The translations under genes and the position numbers were made by a program. Positions 52,064 through 61,273 of a stretch of 64,000 nucleotides of DNA are shown in pieces; positions within the stretch are counted from its first letter, which is position 1, and every line of letters begins with the position of its first letter. This stretch comes from Candidatus Bathyarchaeota archaeon (GTDB taxonomy: Archaea; Thermoproteota; Bathyarchaeia; TCS64), in NCBI GenBank assembly GCA_963769425.1, contig CAVYLP010000002.1, positions 32,001 to 96,000 of the forward strand. Direction: 5' to 3'. Under the pieces are notes generated by a model. It made no database searches and had not been told where the DNA came from. It was given only the letters and a program-made list of their open reading frames with translations.

Positions 52064-52493
52064 ATGTCCAACCCTCCCTACGACCCGAAGAAGATCACGC
52101 CCGACCTCTACGGCGACCGCAGCCCCGTCGAGGGCAGGGTAGTCGCCATCCTCCACGTCAGTTTCAAGGATCGCGGCCTAAAGCTCATCGACACTAAGAG
52201 CCGCGCTGTCCTCAAGCACGAGATACACGAGATCATGATAACGGACGAGAAGAAGGCGGCCCCGGGTGGGGGCGCGGACAGGGTCGCCGCAGTTGCCTTC
52301 TTCGAGATCACGAAGGGTGGCCTAATCGTGACGGGGGACAGGGTCACCGCCGCCGGAACCAAGATAGGCGAATCTAGTCGGCTACGACGAGAACCACATG
52401 CCGAACCACCTCGGAATAATCCTCTGGGCGCCAACACTCGACGAGCCCTCGCTCGCCGTGGGCGACAAGATAGTCTTCCACAGACCCGGTTAG
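52064..52493 (+). CDS. DUF6917-like protein, frameshift near 52373
   Basis: RGL.LI..SRAV..EIHE, then GYDENHMPNH in the shifted frame. Confidence 0.7.
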
Positions 52494-53343
52494 CCCTTAT
52501 CCGGCGCCCCTATCCCAAATATCCCCGAAGTGTCCTCGACCTTCTTGCAGTGCGCCGTAGCACATCCTGAGGCTCGAGGGCATCAGCTGTGAAACGCTTA
52601 GCCTCCACTATCTTCACCGACGCCTTGTTTAGCTCGGGGATGCCTATCCAGAGCTTCCTGCCATCGACCTTCGACGATAGGGCGTTCAGGAGCGGCTCGG
52701 CGTACTCCGAGTGCTTCGGGTCGCATATCCACGGCCCCACTCTGACGTTTGAGGCACCGGGCTTCGCCATTATGAAGCCGTGTAGCACACCCCCCTTCGA
52801 GGCCTTGAAGCATAGCTCGGGGAAGTCGTGTTGGACCCTCCTCAGCTTCTGAGTCCTGTCGAGGCCGAAGAAGCGCTTGTCGAGTGCGGCGACCTTTTCG
52901 AGGTCATCCCTCACCATGGGCTCTATGCTGTGGTGTGGAGCTTTTGTGGCGGTGCCGCTGTACCTCAGCGACAAGTACTCGCCCTTAAAGCCGAGGCGCT
53001 CGTAGAGGGGTATCGCCTTCTGGACACCGTCTAGCCGAATACTGGCTGCACCTTCGGAGGTCAACCTGGTGATTGCGTGCTTCATCAACGCGGCACCAAC
53101 CCCCCCTCCCCTCGTCTCGGGAGATACTATCAGATTCCCGATGAATCCCACGTCCCCGTACAGGAAGCTGTTAACTATACCGACGTCGACCCCGTCGATG
53201 CTCGCCACAAAACACCCCGCTGGCTCGTAGTAGATGCTCCTATCCACGTCTGCGCGGGTGTTCCCCCAACCGACCAACTCCTGCAACCTCATCACGAAGT
53301 CGATATCGCCATGCGTCATGACCCTGATCTCGGGCGGACTCAT
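52490..53343 (-). CDS. GNAT N-acetyltransferase (YitH-like), frameshifts near the 3' end
   Basis: VGWG, RGGGVG, LYERLGF, VGPW; probable true end GIFGIGAPDKG. Confidence 0.8.
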
Positions 53344-53382
53344 GGCGTCAAACTTCGTCCGATGGTCTATAAAGGGGTTCGC

Positions 53383-53880
53383 TCAGGCGTCCCCGCGCTG
53401 TTCTAGGGCCTGTTCGACGAGGTCTCTGAAGAAGTCTTCCTTAAGCTCACCGCCGTGGCCGAAGCCGATGCAGCGCGCGTCGAACCTGATCTCGAAGCTC
53501 CTGCCGTCCCTCTCTATCCAGAATGGGTACGTCCTGCAGAGCAGGGCGCGATGTGGGTAGACCCTGCACCCCTCCTTAGTGAGGTAGATACATGCGCCCC
53601 CCGCCTTCCTCATCTCAGCGACGAACGGGGCTTCCCCCTTTACCTCCACCTTGAACCCTACCTCCCCAGCCTTCTCGAGCTTCTCGACGTCGGCTGGGAG
53701 GAGCAGCACTTTCCTCGGTCGGTGGGATGCGTCCCTGCAGCAGGCTCCGCATCGCTTGCACCCCCACCTGACCTTGGGATAGTAAAACTCGTACTCGCCG
53801 GAAGGTGTCGTGAGTCTTCCTCTAGCGTATGGGATGACTATTTCATTCCCCTCCGTCATTGCGCCCCTCTTCTTACCCAA
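53383..53880 (-). CDS. YkgJ family CxxCxxCC cysteine-cluster protein
   Basis: CKRCGACC, CIYL..C..R..CRTYPF. Confidence 0.85.
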   Translation of the reverse strand: MGKKRGAMTEGNEIVIPYARGRLTTPSGEYEFYYPKVRWGCKRCGACCRDASHRPRKVLLLPADVEKLEKAGEVGFKVEVKGEAPFVAEMRKAGGACIYLTKEGCRVYPHRALLCRTYPFWIERDGRSFEIRFDARCIGFGHGGELKEDFFRDLVEQALEQRGDA

Positions 53881-53883
53881 TTG

Positions 53884-54591
53884 TCATCCGTGCTCCTTCG
53901 GCAGCGCCTCAGCCACAGCGGCTTCGGCCAAGACCTGTAACGGGTCGAGGACTGGCACGGAGAGGTCGCCGTCCTTCAGGACGAGACTCACCTCGGTGCA
54001 TCCGCAGATGATCATCTCAGCCCCGCCGGCTACGAGTTCGTTCGCTACACCGCGGAGTAGAAAACCTCCGTCGATGAGGTTACCCGCCTTTATGCACTGG
54101 TAGATCGCCTTCATGACATCCGCCTGCTTATCAGGGGTCGGTTGAAGCATCTCAACCTCTGCTTCCGCGTAGGCCGCTGAGTAGAGGCCAGTCCTCACTG
54201 TCCCGTCGCTTGCGAGGAGTCCAGCCCTCCGTATCTTGGGGTAGAGGCTCTTTGCCCTCCCCGCTGAGAGCTTGATCATGTTGAGTATAGGTACACGCAG
54301 CTCCTTCTGGAGTGGCTCCAGGAAGTAGTGGGCAGTGTTGCAGGGAATGATTATGAAGTCGGCGCCAGCTTCCTCGAGCCTCTTCCCCGCCCGAATCAGC
54401 TCAGGCAATGGGCTCGGCCCAGTGCCGATTATAGCCGCCGTCCTGTCTGGAACCTTTGAGTTGCTGTAGATGATGACGCGTGGGTGGTCCTGATCCCTCT
54501 TCGCCGGGGTGGTCCTTATTATCCTCATGTAGAGGTCCGCGGTCGCCTCGGGGCCCATCCCCCCGAGTATCCCTATGATCTTCTCCGACAA
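53884..54591 (-). CDS. Aspartate/glutamate racemase
   Basis: GILGGMGPEAT, PCNTAH, GCTE; TTG start at 54591. Confidence 0.92.
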   Translation of the reverse strand: MSEKIIGILGGMGPEATADLYMRIIRTTPAKRDQDHPRVIIYSNSKVPDRTAAIIGTGPSPLPELIRAGKRLEEAGADFIIIPCNTAHYFLEPLQKELRVPILNMIKLSAGRAKSLYPKIRRAGLLASDGTVRTGLYSAAYAEAEVEMLQPTPDKQADVMKAIYQCIKAGNLIDGGFLLRGVANELVAGGAEMIICGCTEVSLVLKDGDLSVPVLDPLQVLAEAAVAEALPKEHG

Positions 54592-54625
54592 GTCGGCACT
54601 CCAGAGTGAGAGTGAGCGGCTAAAG

Positions 54626-56267
54626 TTAACGCTTATCCCTCTCACGTATGAGCTGGATGACGGAGACCAACCCAAGCACAACCGCTATAGCGTAGACGAC
54701 TACCGAGACCTGAAATGTCTCGGGGGTGAAGACACTCTGCGTGGCAAGAATCACAAGGCTCATCCCGATGACTATGGACGCCATCACGAGGCCTAATAGG
54801 ATCTTGTATGACGCTCTATCTACGGCATTTCCCGAGCCTATCTAGGTCGTCGTGCGCGATCTTGAATGTTATCGTGCCCGTTGAGAGCCTCTTGAAGAAG
54901 GCATTCAGGTTATCGGGCAGATCCTTCGCGCTCTGGAACGCCTCGATGAGGTCGAAGCCGGCCTTCGCGATGTTCGCCTGGTTCATCACCCTCTTCCTGA
55001 AGACGCCGGTGATGACGGGCTTCACCTCCTCCATGAAGTCGAAGTCGGGGTTCAGTTTGTAGCCGTCGTCCTCGACCATGATTATGACCTTGATCATGAG
55101 CATGGTGACCATCGGCACCCTGAGCTTGTACTTCCTCAGGGCAGCGACGACGCCCTCGAGGGCGTCCGAGCCGTCACCCGCAGCGTGGCCATCGCTCTGC
55201 ATGACGGCGAGGTAGAGGTCGTCCTTGAAGGCGTCCACCCACTGATCCCTTATCCTGATCCCTATGGCGTTAAACACCTCGAAGAGGTCGTCGACGTCCT
55301 TTTCGACTATCGCCACAAGCATCTTGAGAAGTAGGTCCCTCTTCTCAGGGCGGAGCACACCGATGAGGCCGAAGTCAAGGAAAATTAGCTCCCCCTGGGG
55401 GTTGACGAGAAGGTTACCCGGGTGAGGGTCCCCGTGGAAGAAGCCGTCCTCGAAGATCTGCTTCATGTAGGCCTTGAACCCGAGCTGGGCGATCTCCTTC
55501 GGATCGACGCCCAACTTCTTGATGAGGTCCACCTTGTCTATCCTCACGCCCTTCATGTACTCCATCACGAGGAGGCGGGTCCCAGAGTACTCCCAGAAAA
55601 TCTTCGGTACCCTCACCTTCGAGAAGGGCTTCATGTTCTTGGCTATTAGCTCAGCGTTCCTGCCATCCTTCGTGAAGTCGAGCTCTGAGAGTATCTGTCT
55701 TGCAAAGTCCACGACGAGGGCTGGGAAGTTGAATATCTGCAGGTCGCTCGAGGTCTGCTCAGCCCTATCGGCGATAGCTTTGAGGATTCGTAGGTCCGTC
55801 TCTATCTGCTCCTTTATCCCCGGGCGCTGGACCTTCAGGACCACGACCGTGCCGTCCTTCAGCTTGCCGTGATGCACTTGGCTGAGGCTGGCAGCGGCGA
55901 ATGGACGCTCGTTGAGGTAAACAAACGTCTCCTCGATATTTCCACAATACTCCTCGATTGTTGGCTTGACCCGTTCGAAGGCTACGGGTTCGACTTTATC
56001 GGTGAGGTACTTCAGCTCCTCGATGAGCTCGGGGGAGAGAAGCTCTCGTCTGGTGCTCATTATCTGCCCGAACTTGACGAATGTAGGCCCCATCTCCTGG
56101 ATAGCGAGGCGCACCCTCCGGTTCACGTTTAAGTTCGTTGTTTCCGGCTTCTGTCTGCGGAGGCGCCATTGGATCGTGTTAGGAAGAAGGTCGGCAACGG
56201 CTACCTCGAAACCATACTTGACGAGGATTGCGGCGATCTGCTCGTAGCGTCTGAGGGGGAGCGCCAT
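54626..56267 (-). CDS. ABC1/UbiB (AarF) family atypical kinase, frameshift near 54828
   Basis: GPTFVKFGQ, AASLSQVH, KVQRP, FHGDPHPGN, LDFG. Two C-terminal TM helices are in the shifted frame. Confidence 0.88.
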
Positions 56268-56388
56268 GTTTAATCAAGAAGTAAGGCGTAGATTAAAACA
56301 TAATAGAAAAGATGTGCTTTGTGTTGAAACACGTTTTTTTTCTGGGATTCGGATAGATGGGTAAGAAAGTTACTATGATTGAGGATGA

Positions 56389-58605
56389 GTGCTGGAGTTG
56401 AGGAAGTATCTAGTCTGCATGATCTTGGCCCTCATCACAGTACTGGCCATCGTCATGTCCCCGGGGAGCCAAGCCAAGTCCAGCAACCCCTGCGCTTCAT
56501 GCCACTCCGCTTCGCGTTACCAGTACCTGGACATACTGGAAGGGAACTCGGGAAACCAGATCCCCGCATCGATCGGGGTCGGCGAGACGAAAACCGTAAC
56601 CGTCGTCATCCAGAACCAGATCGCCGCCCAGGTGTACAATACGCTGGTGGAGGTGTCTGCGACTCTGTCGTCTCAGAACGGGCACTTCAGTGTCGGGACA
56701 CCCACCATCAGCCTAGGGACGATGAATCCGGGGACGAAGACGGCGACTTGGCAGATCACGGGGGTATCCGCGGGCTCGGATGCCCTGATAATCACGGCGC
56801 GGGGTACGAACCCCCACAACAGCCTGTTGCTGACCGATTCATACGCGCCATCCGCAACTATCAGCGTCACTGGGGCAGCGCCACCGCCGACCTATACGGT
56901 CACCGTGACGGCTACGGACTCGGCGACGTCGGCCAAGCTGCAGGGGGCGTCCGTGGCCCTGGGGGATTCTGTGAAGACGACGGACGCCAGCGGTGCGGCG
57001 ACCTTCGCCACCGTCGCTGGCACGTTCAGCCTATCCATCTCGAAGGCAGGGTACACGCCCCTAAGCGAATCCATCACCGTGACAGCCTCGACTAGCATTA
57101 GTCGAAGCCTCAAACCCGAGCTTGTCCCGCCTCCGACCTACACTGTTTTCGTGACTGTCATCGACTCGACGAACTCATCAAGATTGGTCGGCGCGAATGT
57201 GACCCTCGGCTCGCAGCAGCAGGCCACGAACCCGAACGGCGTCTCCACGTTCACGGTTCAGGCCGGCACGTATCCCCTCGAGATCAGTAAGGCGGGGTAC
57301 AACCAGACGAGCGAGACGCTCGTGGTCGGTGGGGACCTGAGCATCAGCCGGAGCCTGACCCCGACGCCCGTGGCGCCGAGGTATGTCGTGGCTATAAGGG
57401 TCTCGGACGCCGCGTCTAAGGTTCAAATATCGGGCGCGAACGTGACCTTTGGCGGGGTCACACAGGTAACAAGCGCCGACGGCGTCTCGTCATTCACGGT
57501 GCTCTCTGGGACGTATCAGCTTGAGATCGTTAAGGTGGGCTACGATTCATGGAGTGAGACCGTACCGGTGAATGCTAGCGTAACCCTCAGCCGGGTCGTC
57601 TCCGCCACGCCCCCACCGCCAGCGACGGACCTCAACCCCTTCATGGCCTTCATCTACCCTCCGCTCTCCGTAACCGCCTTCGTGCTCGTCTACGCCTTCG
57701 CCGCCTACATCCTGGCCAAGAAGGAGCGGACGCCGATCCTCAACCGCCTAGGCTTCATGGCTTGGATAGTCGCGCTCATCGCCATGATAGACGGGGTCGT
57801 CTGGGGAAGGACGTCGACCACATTCTTCGCGTGGGTGCCGGACCCGACGACGATGTTGTCACTCTTCGTACTCATCTCCGCCACGATGATACTCTTCGGC
57901 GAGGGGTGGACGATGTTGTCGAAGCTCCTCGCCGTGGTGTCCTGCGTACCCGCCGCGCTCATCCTCCCATACTACTTCGGCCTCGTCAGCCTCGTCCTAC
58001 TGATACTTGTTACAGCCTTCAGGTTCGACGCCGGCCCCGCTGGGGCGAAGTCGCCGCAGGTCGTTCACAGGCGCATGGTGGCCTCGAAGCTGAACCGCGT
58101 AGTCTCTTGGCTATTCCTCCTCTTCTCCGCGTTTTCGCTGTCCACAGGGTACATCATGACGCGTCTGAACCTGGACGTCGACGTCACATTCCAGATACAC
58201 GAGCTTCTTGGGTACACATTCGCGGTGATGTTGGTGGTCCACGTGCTTCTCACACTTCTGGCGGGTTACCCGTGGAAGATGATGGTGAGAAACTTCCTCG
58301 ACAGGAGAACCTCGTGGTCCGTCGCCATGTTCCTGCAGGTGGTGACCGCGCTGCTTCTGGTCGTCTTCTCGGGTGCCCAGGTGTTGACAGGGCTCGGGTG
58401 GGCCTTCCCAACCGTGGCCTCGATCGTTCCGATACTGCCACACATAAGAATAGATGAGCTGCTGTTCTCCACGCTAGTCGTACACGGTGCGATCGGCGTG
58501 AAGTTCGCGTTAACGAGGCGCAGGATCAAGGTGCCGAGGATCGACTACATCCTAGTCTTGGTCTCGGTCGTCGCCATCGCGCTTGTGTTCCTCTATGGAC
58601 TTTGA
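56389..58605 (+). CDS. Multidomain membrane c-type cytochrome candidate: signal/TM, CxxCH, Ig-like, 3 carboxypeptidase-regulatory-like repeats, CcmF/CcsA-like TM segment, cytochrome-b-like TM domain
   Basis: CASCH at 56491-56505; three ~82-aa repeats; about 8 TM helices; His pairs in the C-terminal helices. Confidence 0.75.
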   Translation: MLELRKYLVCMILALITVLAIVMSPGSQAKSSNPCASCHSASRYQYLDILEGNSGNQIPASIGVGETKTVTVVIQNQIAAQVYNTLVEVSATLSSQNGHFSVGTPTISLGTMNPGTKTATWQITGVSAGSDALIITARGTNPHNSLLLTDSYAPSATISVTGAAPPPTYTVTVTATDSATSAKLQGASVALGDSVKTTDASGAATFATVAGTFSLSISKAGYTPLSESITVTASTSISRSLKPELVPPPTYTVFVTVIDSTNSSRLVGANVTLGSQQQATNPNGVSTFTVQAGTYPLEISKAGYNQTSETLVVGGDLSISRSLTPTPVAPRYVVAIRVSDAASKVQISGANVTFGGVTQVTSADGVSSFTVLSGTYQLEIVKVGYDSWSETVPVNASVTLSRVVSATPPPPATDLNPFMAFIYPPLSVTAFVLVYAFAAYILAKKERTPILNRLGFMAWIVALIAMIDGVVWGRTSTTFFAWVPDPTTMLSLFVLISATMILFGEGWTMLSKLLAVVSCVPAALILPYYFGLVSLVLLILVTAFRFDAGPAGAKSPQVVHRRMVASKLNRVVSWLFLLFSAFSLSTGYIMTRLNLDVDVTFQIHELLGYTFAVMLVVHVLLTLLAGYPWKMMVRNFLDRRTSWSVAMFLQVVTALLLVVFSGAQVLTGLGWAFPTVASIVPILPHIRIDELLFSTLVVHGAIGVKFALTRRRIKVPRIDYILVLVSVVAIALVFLYGL
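56881..57610 (+). repeat. Three tandem intragenic ~245-bp (81-82 aa) domain repeats
   Basis: Y.V.V...D....L.GA.V..G....T...G...F....GT..L.I.K.GY....E; first Tyr codons at 56893, 57139 and 57382. Confidence 0.85.
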
Positions 58606-60532
58606 CGCCTTTTTCTTCCCCTCCGAGAGGGTCGAGGGCATGGAAATGATGATTCCGAGGCTCATCAGGGCACTCCCCCACCAGATGACGTTGACGAGTG
58701 GCTTAGTTGACACCTGAAGGGTCAGTGTGGATGGTGGATTGTTCATGCCGATAAGTGCGCTGAAGAGGGAGTTGTAGGCTGTCTGGTCGAGGTTGAGGTT
58801 GACGTAGATGTCAGTCACGCCGTCACCGAGCACCGTTGGGTGGGCGACAAGCCCGTAGTTGGGAAAGTACTGCCCGGTGAGGACCCCACTGTATATCCTC
58901 CCCGCGTATGAGACCTGAAATGGGACGCTCATCGATGACTGCTCGGGGGCGACTATGTCGATCTCAGAGACGTAGGCGCTCCCCGAGCCCAGGCCCATGG
59001 TCACGTTCCCGACCGATAGGTCCACCCCGAGCACACTGGCGGGGGCGGAGGAGACTCCCACGGTCACCGATTGAGGGTCGGGGCTCATCGACGAACTCAC
59101 GAAGACCCCGAATAGTACGACTATAACGCCAAGGTGCATGATTTGCCTTCCTGTGAGGGCGACTGACCTGTTCTTGGCGATTGCCATGAGCACTCCAATC
59201 GTCGCTGTTATGGCTGCTACGATTAGAAGTGGAAGGACGGCGTTGACCACGGGGAAAACCGACGGGAACCCGAATACGATGAAGACCAGTGACGCCGCGA
59301 CCGTGGCCACCAACGCGCCAAGCCGTATCTTGATTGACTTCTCACTCGCACCACAGAATAGAGAAGCCAACACGAAGGCGAGGACGAAGGGCATCGAGAC
59401 GTAGTTGTAGAACTCGATGCTCGTTGACGCTGCGGTCCCGGTCACGAGGTTCTGGATAGTCGGTATGATCACCCCCGCGAAGCAGACCCAGAAGACCCCC
59501 ATCAAAGACAGCTGGCTCGCGAACATCATCTTGCCCTGCAGAGGCGTCTGGCCGTTCGGCCAGTTGAGTAGGGGCTTCCCCACCTTTTTCTTGAGGTAGA
59601 AGAAGTATGCCGTCGCGGCTACTATGCAGACGAGGAGGGCGGGGCCGGCTGGGGAGAAGGCGTAGGCGTGCACCGAGTTCAGTAGCCCGCCCCTGGTGAG
59701 GGCGCTGAGGAAGAGTAGGGAGTCGAAGCTCAGGACCACCATGAACTCTCTGAATAGGTCCTTACGCGCGCCTGTGGATGAACTGTGGAAGTACGCAGTC
59801 AGGGCCAGCCACGGCAGCAGGCTCGCCGTCTCGACGGGGTCCCAGGACCAGTAGCCACCCCAGCCTAGAACCTGGTAGGCCCAGAGCCCCCCTAGGGCTA
59901 TACCTATCGTGAGTAGAAGCCACCCCGACTTAAGTGAGAGGTCGAGGAGCCTCCCCTGCTTCGCGCCGGTCTCCATCTCGGCGAGGGTCAGGGCGAAGGC
60001 GAGGACAACGAAGGCATACCCCGCGAAGACGACTTATTGGGTGGTAGAACATCCAGATCGACTGCAGCTGGGGATTGAGCCCCATCCCGTCAGGTGGAGT
60101 TACTGTGAACCGCTGGAACGGCCCCTTAAACAGGGTCAGAACCATGAAGTAGAGGAACAGCAGCCCTAGGAGCTTCGCCGCGGAGGCGTCCTTGGATTGG
60201 GTCCTCTGCATGTAGAGCCGGTACCCGATGTAAGCAATCCCGATGAAGAACGCGATCATTAGCAAGCTCCCCGATGAGCCACCCCAGGAAGCGAAGAGCT
60301 TCAGCGTCCACGACAGGCTTGAGCTGCTGTAGTCGTAGACCTGCTGGATGGAGAAGTCTGAGACGAGGAAGGACCTGATGAACAGGATGTAGTAGGCGAC
60401 AAACATCGCGAATCCGAGGGCTGATAACCCGACGCCCAGCCCGCGCCTCGCCCCACCCCGACGAGTGAACAGGATGATGTCGACGGTGACGAGGATGAGG
60501 GTGATTATCAGTATGATGTCTTCGGGTTCCAT
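58552..60532 (-). CDS. ccmF: Cytochrome c-type biogenesis protein CcmF, frameshift near 60036
   Basis: WGGSSGSLL, GLNPQLQ..HP, WAYQVLGWGGYWSWDPVE, SVHAYA, HLG, KPLVNVIWWG. Confidence 0.9.
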
Positions 60533-60646
60533 AGCTAAATTACACCATTACTCCCGATGGGCATTCGTCGGAGTGTTCACGGATAAATGTTCATAGCTAG
60601 GGTTCAAAAATTTGAGTATTAGAGTCACTTCATCAGGAATTGATGG

Positions 60647-60672
60647 TGGTGGGCCTGCAGAGATTTGAATCC
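60647..60672 (-). mobile_element. tRNA 3'-end fragment (att-like scar)
   Basis: Reverse complement GGATTCAAATCTCTGCAGGCCCACCA gives T-loop, 3' T-stem, 3' acceptor strand and ACCA. The 5' part of the tRNA is absent. Confidence 0.55.
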
Positions 60673-61062
60673 ACTATAAATCATAAAGAAATTTTCCGAA
60701 TAGATCCTTTTTCAAATGTTTTTTTCGAGTTTCCCCTCTCTTCAACCCGCCCGCCACAACGTTTCCCCATAAGTGGTAACCACTAATAAGGTGATTCCAC
60801 GGGACGCCTTCACACCGATGAATGAACACATCCAAACAGTGTTACGCCTCAGATTGAATGGCGTCCACCCAACCACGCCTACATTCACATCGTTCAATGA
60901 ACCGCGATCCACTCCCTTCAATGATTGTTGAAGGCATCCGGAATGCAACGGTTTTCAATGGATATTCAATGGTTTTGGACACGTTTCAGATGGTTCCGGC
61001 GACGCGTCCCCGACGACTTCGCTATATATAGTTGAAAGTGTGGGGAGTATGAGCGGGAATTG

Positions 61063-61256
61063 GTGAGTGAGTCCCAGATTGAGAAGAAGGGAGCATCAGA
61101 TAAGGATGAAGATTTTTGAATTGTTTGTTGATTTCTATGAGCTGCCTAATTCTGAAATCGACATATCCGGACCTGGGAAACGAGTTTTTGCTCACCGTAG
61201 ACTCTACGTTGAATCCCATCAATGTGCCCAAGGACTACGAGCCAGAGGAAATCTAA
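61063..61256 (+). CDS. Possible small acidic protein interrupted by two T-run frameshifts
   Basis: TATATATA upstream. Removing one T from each of two T5 runs gives MSESQIEKKGASDKDEDFELFVDFYELPNSEIDISGPGKRVLLTVDSTLNPINVPKDYEPEEI. Confidence 0.3.
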
Positions 61257-61273
61257 CCATCTGAAGACATTAT

